NCBI GenBank assembly: GCA_012295275.1
Contig: CM022679.1
Span: forward strand, 30,566,001 to 30,630,000
DNA: 64,000 nt
Source of the DNA: Chrysomallon squamiferum
Lineage: Eukaryota; Animalia; Mollusca
Reading direction: 5' to 3'
Shown here: in pieces, positions 1-15,139 of the stretch
Numbering within the stretch: the first letter of the stretch is position 1
How the letters are laid out: each line of letters starts with the position of its first letter
Program-made: the position numbers and the translations under genes
Notes under the pieces: generated by a model
What the model was told of the DNA's origin: nothing
The model's input: only the letters and a program-made list of their open reading frames with translations
Databases searched by the model: none

Positions 1-85
1 TTATGACAATAGTAATAATAACAATGAGTATAATAGCATAAGTACTAGTAGTAATTGTAATAGTAATAGTAATAATAATATTAAT

Positions 86-119
<34 letters not shown>

Positions 120-209
120 CAACTGGATGATGTAGAATGTTTGTTAAAATCGGCTGTGGATCAGTTGTAGATTATAAACAACACAGGACAATATGTACTG
201 AATGCAGCT

Positions 210-264
210 GGATTACAGGTGGATTACATATGGATTACAGGTGGATTACAGGTAGATTACAGGT
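210..264. repeat. 11-bp tandem repeat (GGATTACAGGT) x5
   Basis: ggattacaggt ggattacatat ggattacaggt ggattacaggt agattacaggt read directly. Confidence 0.85.
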
Positions 265-1240
265 GCTGTTCTGCAGGCTTTGTGGGAGATTTACTGATCT
301 TCAGGTGAACCGTAGATTTATGTACTTTTTCATTGCCGTATAGGTGAGTGATTGGCTGCAGCAGATATTTGATGTCACGTAGGTGATGGGCACGTGGTTG
401 TACACGTTGTGTAGGTGCCCTGGGTGTAAAATCTAGGTGCCACGAAGGTGAATTATTGACAGATTTAGTGTGTGTTTTAGATGAAGTGCTGACTATGTGA
501 TTAAAATGTACTTACCCGCTGTTCCGTGTTACATTATTTAAAAAAAAAAAAAAAATAATAATAAAATAAATCATAATAATAAATTTTTCAGAAGAAATTC
601 TGCTTCAGTGGAGCAAAATTTAACTATTTTAAAAAGTTAAGAATAACTGTAATAATAATTTATTTAATGATTTTATATACATACATATATATATATATAT
701 ATATAAGACAACGGGTATGTAATGTATGAAATCGATCACGGCCTTAGATTAACGCGTATACTATACAAATATAGATAGATAGATAGACAGATAGATAGAT
801 AGATAGACACATACATACATTTATACATAATTAAATACGTACAAACATACAAAATACACACAAACATATACGTTTTTTTTTTCTAAATTAACAAAATTAT
901 ACATATGAACCTGAAAATATAAAATTGCTCAAAATTTTGCATACCCCTTAAGTGTTTTGATTCTTGTATCCCTAAGAAGAGAAGAAATAAACAAACATTA
1001 TTAAACAAAAGCAAATGAAAATTATTAACGCCGAACGTTTCATAAAACAGGATACCAAATCACAACGAATGTCAGTAAAATCCGAATATGTATTTGTTAA
1101 TATTTGTACTGGTGAAAAAAAAAAAATCTATATATTAAAAAGATCAAATGTAGCTCACATATCAACAAGCTTTACTTCGTAGGTGTGACTGAATAAACTT
1201 GATAAATAAACGAATCGCTAAATAAATAAGTAAATAAATA

Positions 1241-1713
<473 letters not shown>

Positions 1714-2140
1714 TCAAAGCTATCTGCACACTGTAAAAGAGAATGAATGATTATTTACTGACATGCACGCCTTGTAACACTCATGGTTTATGTGGTATCG
1801 TGAACACGTTGCATTCATAGCGAACATCAGAAAACACAGGAGTAACATCGTGCCACGTGACATCATCTGAAATTGATGTTATGACACTGATTACCGTCTC
1901 GTGTTGCTATTAACATGTGGTTTCTGTAAATCTCAGAAATGGACCGGGTTTTGCAGTGACAAGCTGCATCCTGCCTTTCGACTTCAGCAGCATAAAACTG
2001 ACATCTTTAGCAGTTGTCTTCTTTTGTCCTGCATTCGACATTGGTGTTGATATCTTTGTTATTATACAATCAAAACACAATGATTTACTTGTTATATTTC
2101 AGTGAAAATTGTTTTTAAAATTGATATATATATATATATG

Positions 2141-2172
<32 letters not shown>

Positions 2173-2212
2173 TGTATGTATGTATGTATGTATGTATGTA
2201 TGTATATATATA

Positions 2213-2356
2213 CAGGGTGTCCACAAAATCTGGCTCTGTCTAAAGAAGAAAGAATCGAGTTGGTACATTATTTATTAACATTAGAATTAAATAAAACTAT
2301 TTTATTTTAAAAGTATGTGTTAATCCCTTATGTACCCAGACTTTTTGTACACCCTG
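2213..2356. mobile_element. Tc1/mariner-type MITE (144 bp)
   Basis: Left end CAGGGTGTCCACAAAATCTGG vs reverse complement of right end CAGGGTGTACAAAAAGTCTGG (18/21 identical). TA on both sides (2211-2212, 2357-2358). CAGGGTG termini and TA target sites are typical of Tc1/mariner. No coding capacity. Confidence 0.8.
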
Positions 2357-2367
2357 TATATATATAT

Positions 2368-2452
<85 letters not shown>

Positions 2453-2758
2453 CACACACACACTGATGACATTTGTGTACGTTTTTATGGCCTGTGTACC
2501 GCACCGCAGAATGAAACACCTGTCACATGAAAGACAAAACAAACAAACAAATAAAAAAAAAAAATAAAATTTCGCTGATACCCACGCACATTTTTATTTT
2601 GAAACAGATTTTTTTTCTTTTCACAGAAATCCAAGCGTATTTCATCATTTTTTGACCTTCTGAAGCTAAGGTATCTTTATAAAGTTTGATAAATATATTT
2701 ATATACATGTGTTTGTATGTGTGTGTTTGTGTGTGTGTGTCTCTCTCTCTCTCTCTGT

Positions 2759-2806
<48 letters not shown>

Positions 2807-3189
2807 TTTGTGTAGGTCGGTGTGTATGTGTGTTTGTGTGTCTGTGAGTACGTACCTTCAGTTCACAACTGAGTCCATTAGATGAGAAAAGTAACTAATT
2901 CATAACTGATTTATAAGCAAATACTGAACGCCCGTCAAAACAATGTTTATCTTTTAATGAGCAAAACTGTAAATGACAGGTCGTTTTTTGACTTCATATG
3001 TTTTTTTCTCTCTAAAGGAAAAACGATCCATAATGAAATGATTAATGTATGAATTTACTGAATATAATTTTTTTAAATCCTTATTTGTGTGTTATAATAA
3101 TAATGATGATGATGGTGATGATGATGATAATAATAATACACATATGAGAATATATCTGATGATATGACGAAATCATTTGTGAAGCTGCA

Positions 3190-3282
3190 TTATTATTATT
3201 ATTGTTATTATTATTATTGTTGTTGTTATTATTATTATTATTGTTGTTGTTATTATTATTATTATTGTTATTATTATTATTA

Positions 3283-3365
<83 letters not shown>
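3190..3365. repeat. (TTA/TTG)n trinucleotide microsatellite
   Basis: Direct reading; explains the poly-Y/L/I ORFs. Confidence 0.95.
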
Positions 3366-3367
<2 letters not shown>

Positions 3368-5507
3368 ATACAACAATGTATAGAAAGAAACGTCAGTTAA
3401 TTTACAAGCGGTTCTAAGATTTCTGAAGTAAACCAAATTAAACGAAATACAAGGAAGGGATTACAAATAATTAACAATGAATTAAAAAAAAAATATATAT
3501 ATATATAAAAATAATACCTGTCCGTTTCAGAGAATGCCAAGTGATAAACTACTACTACTCGTGTTTCTGATTTTAACTCTGAAAGAATCAACCCCCAGGT
3601 TCGTTTTCGATGGAATTGTTTCAAACAATGCACGTGAGTGTGAACTCTGTTATAAAACTCTTAAAGTGGCTAAAAATATAGCATCTATCTTCGTTATCCT
3701 TTTTTTATTTTTTTTTTTTTTCCAAAACTTCATATACATGTGCGTCGTTGTGTGAATGTATGCATGTATATTTTATTTATTTATGTATGCATATATTATT
3801 TATTTTCTTCTTCCCTTTCAGAATATTAAAGCTACTTTTTTTCCTAAAACGTATAATGATAATACGATTGGTTTTCTATTTTTTTATTTTTTTTTTTACA
3901 TCAGAATATTTCATAACCTTTGTTTTATTTCTGTTGCAGAGAAAAGTCAATCAATATTTTATGGGGGTAAGTGGAAATATATTTTTAAGCTAAATATATA
4001 ATATATATATATATATATATATTTATAATATTTGTATCTGAATTTTAAATAGATCTGCTGAGAATATTACATCAGTATTTAAAATATTATCAATTTAATT
4101 GTATTTGTTCTGCATTAATTAAGTAATTTATTTATTTACTTACTTATTTGTTTGTTTGATTATTTATTTATTTATTACTCCTTCTTTCATTCATTCTTTC
4201 ATTCTTTATTATTTCATTTGTTTATTTCTTCCTTTCTTCATTTATTATTCTTTCCTTCTTTTTTCACTTTTTCTCTTTCTTTCTTTCTTTATTTATTTAT
4301 TTATTTATTTATTTCTCTTTCTTTCATTCATTCTTTCATACTTTTTATTATTTCATTTGTTTGTTTCTACCTTCTTTTTTCACTTTTTCTCTTTCTTTCC
4401 TTCTTTATTAATTAATTAATTTATATATTACTTACTTATTTATTGACATATCTATCTTTGGAACAGTGGGTAAGTATATTTCGATCAGGGATAAAAAATT
4501 CACACTTTTATGTTATCTACAATGAACATAAAGGTTACCTGCAATTCACGTTTCATATGCATGTATTTAATCTGCATTCAGTGTATCGTGTCCTCTGTTA
4601 TTTATAGCCTTTCCACAGCCGATTTCAATAAAAATGCTACGTTTTTTGTTTGTTTTCTTGTTTCTTTCTCTAGTCAAGCTTTGCACGTCACTGGTTTTGA
4701 TTATTGTTTAATTTACTGTTTTCGATATGCAGAGAGATGTTAAGAATTACGTCTTCGACTATTATATTATAAACTAGCAGATTTTTGTCACAGTTTTTAT
4801 GTTAATTTAATTTTTTGGATTTGTACTTCAAGATATGAAAATCCTGAAGCAGAGTTGTAAGTATTTTGTTTATTTGATTGTTTGTTTATTTATTATTTTA
4901 TTTTATTTTATTTTATATATTTGTTTGTTTGTTTTTTTGTTTGTTTTTGTTTATTTATTTTGTTTACTTGTTTATTTAATTGTTTACATATTTATTTTTA
5001 TTTTATTTAACATTTATCTCTCTGTCTGTCTGTCTGACTGTCTTTCTGTCCGACTGAATGTCTGTCTGTCTATATATTGATTTTTATGTGAATATTTTAC
5101 ATAAATTTTACATTTTTAGAATCATGGCGAAGTGTAGTCAGGAATGCTGGGTAATTAACATTTTGAATCGTCTGGATAAATAATAATAAAAAACCCACTA
5201 ATACTACTACTTCTATAACTACTACTTATTACTACAATACTACTATCATCTCTCCTAATCATTATGATGATGATGATGATATAAATTATAATAGAAACAA
5301 GTACAACAATAACAATCTGTCTGTCTGTCTGTATATTTATATGTTTATTTTTTTTAGTTTTAAATAATGATGACCTTCAGACATCTGGGCATTAAACTGA
5401 GAGAGAGAGAGAAAATTGTAACAGGAGAACTAATACTGTAATAAATTATCACTAAACAATATAACTGATAAATCATTATGATTTTTTTCAGCGAAGGTGA
5501 TAACGAG

Positions 5508-5593
<86 letters not shown>

Positions 5594-6068
5594 ACTGACA
5601 GTTTGATCATGAATGTTTGTAACATGAAAACTTACGATTAACTTACGATGAAAACTTACGATTGTCCTCCTGGGTCAGTGCGTTCCCGAATATTGTCTAT
5701 GTGCAGAGTCTAATCAGACGCACACGATACAGAGAATATTCAATCCTAAATACATGCACATACATATATACACATACATTATTATTATACAGATTCACAC
5801 GTACGTACATACATACATGCAAACACAAAAACACACATTAAGCGAAAACTATTCCTAATATGAAAACAAAACGAGTTCTATTCACCAGTTTTATACGTTT
5901 AGTGTTCATTAGCAGATTTTACTTTACATAATGTGTTTTGTTTGGTAATACTGATCGAAAATAAATATACATGTAGTAATCGAAATAAACTGAAAGAAAG
6001 AAAAAAAGGATATGAAAAAATAAAGAAAGAAAAGACAAAGAATATTATTACACAACTGAGGGAAACAC

Positions 6069-6120
<52 letters not shown>

Positions 6121-7188
6121 TCATACACACAAACCTGGAAATATATAGGTCTATATATACACATTTATACATACATACCTGGAAATATGCGCACAGATGC
6201 TATAAACACACAGTTAAATAGATATAGCAATTTCAGACAGCTTTATATATATAATTTTTTGCATCACAAGTTATTAAACAGTCACGTTCACTGACAGATA
6301 AAAGAAATAAATTTGTTCAACGTTGTACTCAGTCAAAACAGACATTTTACAACTGTGATTCTCCTAAATCGAATATCTGTGAAATCGGTTAACAGTCTGA
6401 AATTAAACCTACATTATTTGTTTATTTATTCGTTTGTTTGTTTGTTTTATTTGTTTGTTTTATCAGAAATAATGAATAGTTGCTTAGCAACTCATTTTTG
6501 TGTTGACAAATATCAAATGTATATTTATAGTGTTTTATTTATTTAGATTATCATAATAATGCAAAATAACAAACTAAAGCTGTCATTTTCATCATAATCA
6601 TCATCATCATCATTATAATTATTATCATCATTATTATTATTATTATTATTACTACTGTCGTTGTTGTTGCTGTAGGTTGTGTTGTGATAGTAATAGCAGT
6701 TTATTTTCATTTTTATTTTAAATACGTATTGCTGCAAAATACCTCTACTCAGCCTCTGTAGATATTTTGATATCGCAATAATCCTGCGACGCATGAAATG
6801 GTTATATGTAAGCTTTGTACAGTTTAAATTTCTTAACCTTCTTATGTCAGTTCACGGTTCAAACACGCTTGTTATGGACACGGTCTACAAATGTTTGACG
6901 GTCCTGTCGGTGACGAGTAGGTAAACTGTATGATTGATTTACGAAGCATGATTTCTGTTCAGAACGCAGTAGATTCAGAGAAGTGTGTGAGTGGATGTGG
7001 GTGCGTGCTGCGTGTGTGTGTGTGTGTGGGTCAGGCCAAGGCTCGGAAAACATCGACCTTGCTACTGATGGCAAAAATAAAAATAAAATAATAAATACTA
7101 ACTAGACTGTTATAATAATAAATATAAATAGATATAAACAAATAAACTAACTAAACTATAAATAAATAACTACTACTACTACTAGTAT

Positions 7189-7261
<73 letters not shown>

Positions 7262-7262
7262 G

Positions 7263-7300
<38 letters not shown>

Positions 7301-7460
7301 GCTACTATTACTGCTGCTCTATTACTACTACTACTACTAATAACAATAATAATTACCGAAATAACCTAAATACATTAAAAAATGCGAAAAGAAAAAAATT
7401 TTTTAAAAAAATAAATTAAGAACTTTAATGTGCCATTTATTTTTTTAATATTTACGCAGA

Positions 7461-7513
<53 letters not shown>

Positions 7514-7817
7514 TTCTCTTTTATCCATAAATCAGCTACATCTGGGAATGCAGGACTCCTCTTTACAACACTCTGTATCCGTCCCAGCAACCACTGGTCA
7601 TTTAGACCCAAGCTCTTCACGAAACATTTGACCAAGCCAAGAAGAAGAAAAGAAAGCGAAGTTCATAATTCAATTACTTCTCGCTTACGTTCGTCAAAAA
7701 AACAACAACACAAAAAAACCACAAAAAAAACTAACAGAAATCATAGCTCAGTTACTCGCTATTCTCCCTTATGTTGGGGTCTTCTTTGTCAGTTTATGTC
7801 AGTTTAAAAACGGAGCG

Positions 7818-8100
7818 ATGTCGTTGTTGGACGACTGCATCGAAAGCACCTGGTCCCTCGTTTTGAGGACGACGTCTTTGACTGCCGGCTTCGCCCTGTT
7901 CTCCGTGGGGTTTTTCCTGCCTGTTTGGAGGTCGGACAGCTGTCGTCCCGATACGCAATCGGGACTGTGGCAGAACTGCTCGCGTTCCATGTCGGATTGC
8001 CACACGTTCAGCTTTTTTGAAATACCTGGTAAGAATTAGTGGAATCGAGTCGTTAAAACTGTAATATGGTTTAAGAACATTTGTTGTGGACAACGTCTAT

Positions 8101-8139
<39 letters not shown>

Positions 8140-8155
8140 CACACACTCTCACACA

Positions 8156-8211
<56 letters not shown>

Positions 8212-8666
8212 TTCAAACAAACACATGCGTACATGTAATACTTCCCGTTTCTTATTTTGCCAAAAAATAGTATCTTGATACCGGGACAATATTCTATATA
8301 ATAAGCAATTAAAAGAAACAAAAACAAATTAAAATATTTTTGTAACAACAACAAAAAATAATAGTGCGTGTGTTTTATATATATATATATATATCGTGGT
8401 GCGATTTGAACTTCAAACGATCCAGAATTAGAATGTGAAAATCTAAACTGATCGGAAAGATAATTTACTATTTAGGCTATTGTGTTAAGTTTTATCTTCA
8501 CGTATTTGCATTTTGCTGTTTAACCGTATGGAAATGGGTTTTATTTAGGGTTCGGAAACGGATTAATTCAATTTCCATTATTTCTAATGGGGGGGGGGAA
8601 CAATTCAGAAAATAGATTACATTCGATGTACATCACTGTGTATACATACATACACACACACATATG

Positions 8667-8717
<51 letters not shown>

Positions 8718-9127
8718 CAAAACAGATACCAACTCAATTCTAAATCGATTACATGGAATCGAACCCGGTTCCTTCCATACCATAAGCACAACGTAACAAC
8801 ACAACCATTCAGTAATGACATCACGTGCTGTCAGTACGAAACTCTTTCCTGAAACTGCACCCATCTTCTGTTGTCCCTGCCACTGCACGTGTTTAACATG
8901 AGACCTTTCATCCACAGAACACAGTTAACTGAAGGTTTACTTTCTTTGTCAGCGTGGATGAACATCGTCAGAGTGACCGAGCTGTTCGCAGTTTTCTTTT
9001 ACTCGTGGACTCTGCAGAGGTTGTACGGAGTAAACTGCTACACCAAGAGACCGGACACACCCAGTACCAACTGGAAAAAGTTACCCACGTTGGCCTGCAC
9101 ATCGGGTAAAACTGTTATAATAATAAC

Positions 9128-9191
<64 letters not shown>

Positions 9192-9680
9192 GTAATGATA
9201 ATATGATGATAATGATAGTGACAATGACAATGACAATAACAGTATAGCATTAGTAGTAGTAGTAATAGTACTAACAGTAGTGGTAGTAGTAGTAGTGGCA
9301 GTAATAATAATAACAATAACTATAATGATAATGATGATGATGATGATGACGACGATCATGCTTATAATATAATTGTTATCTCGTCCGAAATTGTTTGTCT
9401 GTGTCGTCAGTCGGTCTGTCTATAAATTACTGTCTATATATTATTATTAACATCACAGTAATGCATTTGTTTTTTGTCAGGTGTTCTGGGTTTCTGTGGG
9501 ATGACGTTGTACAGTTTCAATGAGAAAAACCTGCTCTGGGGGGTGGTGCTGGTCGGGGGAGGCTCCGCCCTAGGCTTCATCGTCGGCTGCTTCGTCTTCT
9601 TCTTCCACGACACCATCCCACGCAGCGACATTGTTAACTACGACTACGACCCTCGCTCTCTTGTTATTATACACTTCTGA
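7818..9680 (+). CDS. Claudin/PMP22/EMP-like tetraspan membrane protein A, 3 exons, ~187 aa
   Basis: Exons 7818-8028, 8953-9105, 9481-9680. GT-AG phase-1 introns; 564 nt in frame. TM1 is followed by the claudin ECL1 signature W...GLW..C...C (PVWRS..SGLWQNCSRSMSDC). Further hydrophobic segments lie in exons 2-3; ends VIIHF. Confidence 0.8.
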
Positions 9681-9917
9681 CGTGAACGCACGAAGTGAAC
9701 TCAAGTGATCTCAAGCGTTAAACTGTTAAAAACTGTTTTTTGTGTTGCATAACTACCCCTTCTTCAGTTTGGCTGCGTGTCTGTCTGTCCGTCTGTATGA
9801 ATGTGTGTCAGGCGGTTGAGAGCCGAAAATTAAATTTCCGTCTTCTCTGTCAGTGGTGCGAGATTTATTTTCCAGACGCCGCATGTGCGTACGTGTGCGG
9901 GTGCGTGCGTGTGTGTG

Positions 9918-9955
<38 letters not shown>

Positions 9956-10827
9956 CATAATAATAATAAAAGAAATAGTTGTGATGAAATCAAAAAGAAT
10001 AAATCACCATGCAACCTTTTCTTGAGTAGACGTGTGAAAGAAAGTCACATTGATTTATACAACTGTTAATTCTCACATCATTCTGTAGATAAATGTAGGT
10101 ATTTGTACATAATTGTGTGTGTTTATTATATTCATAAAATGTAGAGCGAAAGACAAAAAGAAAAGAGAAAGAAAGAGATTTATATATTATATATACAGAT
10201 AGACATTCAGATATACATATAGATATAGACATAGATACAAATAGATATAGATCGATATAGACAGATAGATAGATAGATATATATATATATAAAGATAGAT
10301 AGATAGATATAGATATGGATAGATCTATGTATATATAGATAGACAGATATAGATAGCTAGGTGACTGTGTGTGTTTTATTACGATGCTTACACAATTTAA
10401 ACAGAAACTTAAATTTGTCACCGACTTCAGTCTACGCTGTATTCATAACGTTCTTTATTTCACGCCAATACGCATAGATACTGCAAACAAATATTACCCC
10501 AAGAAGCGTACCAGAATAGACAGCCATTATTTTCTGTCACGCGAAAACCCACTGAATGTATCACACAAACCGAAGTCGCCATTAAAGTCAATAAGCTGAT
10601 ATGGTTTGTTGTGCTCTGCAATAAAAACGAAAGAAACGTGAAGGTATGGCGACATGTCATTTAATTTATTTTAAAGGCGTGCTAACACGGAATAACTTTT
10701 TGAAATGTATGTCTTAGCGTGTTAATGTCTTCGATGTCCTGCGTGAGCGAGACTAAAATAGTCCCAGCTTGTCCACGAGGTTAAACTGATTCTATGTCAG
10801 TTCTAAGACATTTTAATTTCTGAAATA

Positions 10828-10891
<64 letters not shown>

Positions 10892-11340
10892 CTTTGAAGT
10901 GTTCAGTGAAGTTCAAGAATATAAAGCTATTCGTATGTCAAGCAGTTTGAGGATCGCTTTTGTTATCAACACCCAAGATAAACACAGCAGTAGTAGCAAT
11001 AGCTGTAATAGTAGTGTAGTAGAGTAGTAGTAATAGTAGTAATAGTAGTAGTAATTATTCTTCTTCTTTTTATTCCTTTACTGAATTATAAAAATCCACA
11101 ATATATTATTTTTGAGGTCATTAAATGATCAAATGTAAGCGTCAGGGATGAATCGTTCCATGAAATTTCACCGTATGAACGCGCCTTACGAGAACATGTC
11201 TGTACTTACTAAAAAAAAAAAAAAAAAAAAAAGCAAGCAGAGAAATACATGTTCGGTACCAAATTAACAACACGTAAATTTATTTCACACACAGCCTTTA
11301 GTAAATTCTAGATTTGTTGAATCTTTCAGATGAAATAATT

Positions 11341-11371
<31 letters not shown>

Positions 11372-11374
<3 letters not shown>

Positions 11375-11740
11375 GGAATGAGATTTTTCCACTCGGCTGG
11401 AATTATTATTGGATATATTCAGATCATTTTGGGACTTTTTTGTTTTTTGATTGGAGTCGTGTCTCCAGCTTGGGCACAAAGCGACTGGGTGAGCTATGCG
11501 ACATTTTCAGAGCAGTTCTGGTATGGGCCCTGGTGGTACTGCAAGATAACTGTTGGGGAAACGTCGCCGCCGTTGTTATGCAACAGCATAGACGTCAGCC
11601 AAACGATGTCTGGTATGTATAACGCTAACGCCGTACCGTTTAAAATATTTTTTCATCTTGTTTCTGTTTCTCATATTTGCACGAATCATTTATAGGTAAA
11701 CGCATACACACAGATTTAGTAAAACGTCTTCATATTAAGA

Positions 11741-11801
<61 letters not shown>

Positions 11802-12366
11802 CTTCTCTTATCTTTTTCTTTTTCTATATTAATTTTCTTATTATAATCTGTTGCTACTGCAATCATTCACAGTCGATGTCCTGGCATTGTTAATCCTTTC
11901 GGCAATTTCCATGATTACGTTTCTGGTCGCCTTCGTGTTCGGCACAGTTCTCATTTGTTGCTGTCGGTCTCCTGGCAACGCGTCAAAATGGAAGATGGTT
12001 TCCATCTTCGCTTTAATTGCAGGTAAATTAACTGAACAAAGCATATATTTATATATATATAAATAACACATACGTTAATAAATGTATATAACTCTATAAG
12101 TCTAAATTTCTGTTTTTTGTTTTTACTTTTATGTCTGATCCGTGCAAAAGATTAATTTACTATTTTACATATATGTATGTACGGACAAACATGTATACAT
12201 ATATACATATATACATACATATACGCATACATACATTATGTACATAAAACTTAGAAATATTCATGCATATTAATTTGTTATTGCTTTTTTCTTCTTCTTT
12301 TTCTTCTTCCTCTTCCTCTTCTTCTTCTTCTTCTTCTTCTTCTTCTTCTTCTTCTTCTTCTTCTTC

Positions 12367-12418
<52 letters not shown>

Positions 12419-12751
12419 GGCTTGGCGGGTCTGGGCAGTGTAATCGACTTTTCAATATCAAGAACTAAAAAATCGTTTATCTTCGGATTTTATCTCACAA
12501 TGGCTGGTGCGTTCTTGGCTATAACCGGAAGTTCCACCATTGCGTGGTCACAACTTCGCTACTGGAGATTTCGACTCGGAACTCCAGTGAGCGCCGCCAA
12601 CTGGGACGATCTGCCGTCTCCGTATCGACAGCGAAGACGTCGTCATCCTAACAGCGTTGCAACATGGGATATGGGGCAGGAATATCCATACTCTGGATAC
12701 AAAATCGGAACGTACCAGGGGACAGCAGAATGGATCGCACATCATAGTTAA
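11372..12751 (+). CDS. Claudin/PMP22-like tetraspan protein B, 3 exons, ~240 aa
   Basis: Exons 11372-11612, 11873-12022, 12420-12751. Phase-1 GT-AG introns; 723 nt in frame. SPAW...YGPWWYC...LLC ECL1 motif, CCCRSP after TM2, FGFYLTMAG at TM4, long cytoplasmic tail. Confidence 0.85.
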
Positions 12752-13063
12752 ATAGAGTAATCTCCCATTTCACCATATATTTAATTTGCATTAAATATAT
12801 ATATATATAAGACAACCGGTTAATGTATTTTAATTTGCATTAATATATATATATTTATGCGCTAACGATTAAGCGGATTATCTAAATCGATTTCAGTTCA
12901 TTCTTCAAGAAATGGTTTAATGTGACTGCAGTGAAGTCGTTCAGTTTGAAACGTAAACTTTCGTTAAAATGCTTTAAGAAAATTGTTTCGTGAGAATTGT
13001 GAAAGTGTTGTGGGAAAAAATAAAATGATCAAACAGAACTGTATTACTGTCTTCGAAGATTCG

Positions 13064-13105
<42 letters not shown>

Positions 13106-14347
13106 CATTATTATTATTTTTATGTTCAATACTATTCAGTTATTTGTATTTGGTCGCCTCTTTCAGTTTGACGTCTTTGTCGTATGATTGACATAAACAG
13201 GATTACTTTCTCGCGTCGTCATTATACTGAAATCATATCTAATAACGTTTAATAACAACACGTATTATGAGTAGTTAAACTAAAATTCCCGTCATTCGTT
13301 ATGTGTTCTTTCTATCAATATTACACTCCAGGCACTAACTGTCGTCTTCAAATATACATAAACAAATGTCTTTGTCGAAGAGAAAAAAAAAAATCACGCC
13401 GTTTCGTTTACACGTCCAACCATAATGAATCAATAATTTGTAAATGATAAAAGTGCGCAGAACGAAATTTTGCAATAACGGTTTAAGTAAATAGTTTTTT
13501 TTTTTTTTTGTCCTCTTTGTTGTAGGCTTTTCAAAGGGCTGGTGCATAAACCGTTCAATGTTTAGAAATTGCTTTCTGTAGATAGGTCACTTCTTTCTTC
13601 TTGTAAAAGTAGAGCCGTGCATATCTAGGACAGTTGTGTATATTTATAAGGAGGTAGGCAAAAAAGTCGAGATGTAAACTGTCGTGGCTACATTCATAAC
13701 TAATAATAACCAACTGAGATTTCGGAATCGTTTTGATTTCTGATTTATGTTATTAACCAGACTCTGGACCATTTTCTATTTATTTATGACTGTATTTGAT
13801 TCAAGCCTCCTGCACCCAGGAAAAAACTCGGGTACGGACCTTGCCGTCGCGCTTAATGGTAAACACACCTTGTTTAGCTTATCATGAATGATATTATTAT
13901 ACATATCCCAAAACATATTTTGTAATCCAACATCCATTAGCGTCTGTCCAAGTAAACAGTGTAAGAATAACAAATATTAAATTATCAAGGAGTTGAAAGG
14001 TCCACACATGAATCCAAAGAAGAATTTATCAATATAATGGAGCAACTTTCAGTACAGGAACGAAAGAGTTATATTATTTATACAGGACTTTTAATTTAGA
14101 TTATACGTGGCAGTAAGAAACTGTATGTTCTTCACCAAGTCGAGAATATAAGCGAAACATAGAGTGACACAGACATATTGTGAGAAACGTATTCTCGCAT
14201 TTCTTCTTTAAATTGTCACTTGTCTTTAAAAAAAAATAACAACAAAAAAAAAAAAAAAAGAAAAGACAAATAAAGAAGAAGAAGAAGAAGAAGAAAAAGA
14301 AGAAGAAGAAAAGAAAAAAGAAAAGAAACAAGGAAAAAGAATTGACA

Positions 14348-15083
14348 ATGAAACCGTACATGCCAGGCTACGTTATCCTTGTTATTGGTTTTCTGTGCTA
14401 CGGTGTGGGTGTTTTATCCCCAGCGTGGCAAGAAACACCGTGGGTTCCTAAAGGAAGCGTCACTGAGAAGAAATGGATCGGTCCGTGGTTATACTGCCGT
14501 TACTTCGACCAGAAGATGGATCCTCCGCAGTGTCAGAATATTCAGTTAGCAGACCCGCTGTCAGGTGAGTAGTTTTATACGTCAGACTCAGTCAGCAATT
14601 GTATAAAGTGTCTTGCACGTTCAGTAATTGTATAAAGTGTCTTGTAAGTTCAGTAATTGTATAATGTGTCAAGTGAGTTCAGTAATGTTATAATGCATTA
14701 CTTGAATTCAATAGTTTTATAAGGTGTCACGTGAATTGAGTAATTTTATATTGTATGAAGTGAGTTCAGTAATTTTATAATGTGTCAAGTAAGTTCAGTA
14801 ATTTTATAATATGTCAAGTGAGTTCAGTTATTTTATAATGTGTCAAGTGAATTCAATCATTTTATAATGTGTCAAGTGAGTTCAATAATTTCATATATTA
14901 CTTTTGTTGCTGCTACAGTTTTGTTCATATCTTTATTTCGTCTTCATTTTCTTCTTCTTCTTGTTAATGTTTTTATTTATTTTGATATTTTTAAATTATT
15001 AAAACCTGTTGCTGTTTTTATTGTTGTAATTGTTGTTATTATTATTAGTGTTATTGCTACGATTACTACTACTACTACTATTA

Positions 15084-15139
<56 letters not shown>

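Noticed and set aside
8755-8810. Pol III B-box (GGTTCGATTCC, minus strand) suggesting a tRNA
   Set aside because: No cloverleaf or clear A-box; at most a decayed tRNA-derived SINE fragment.
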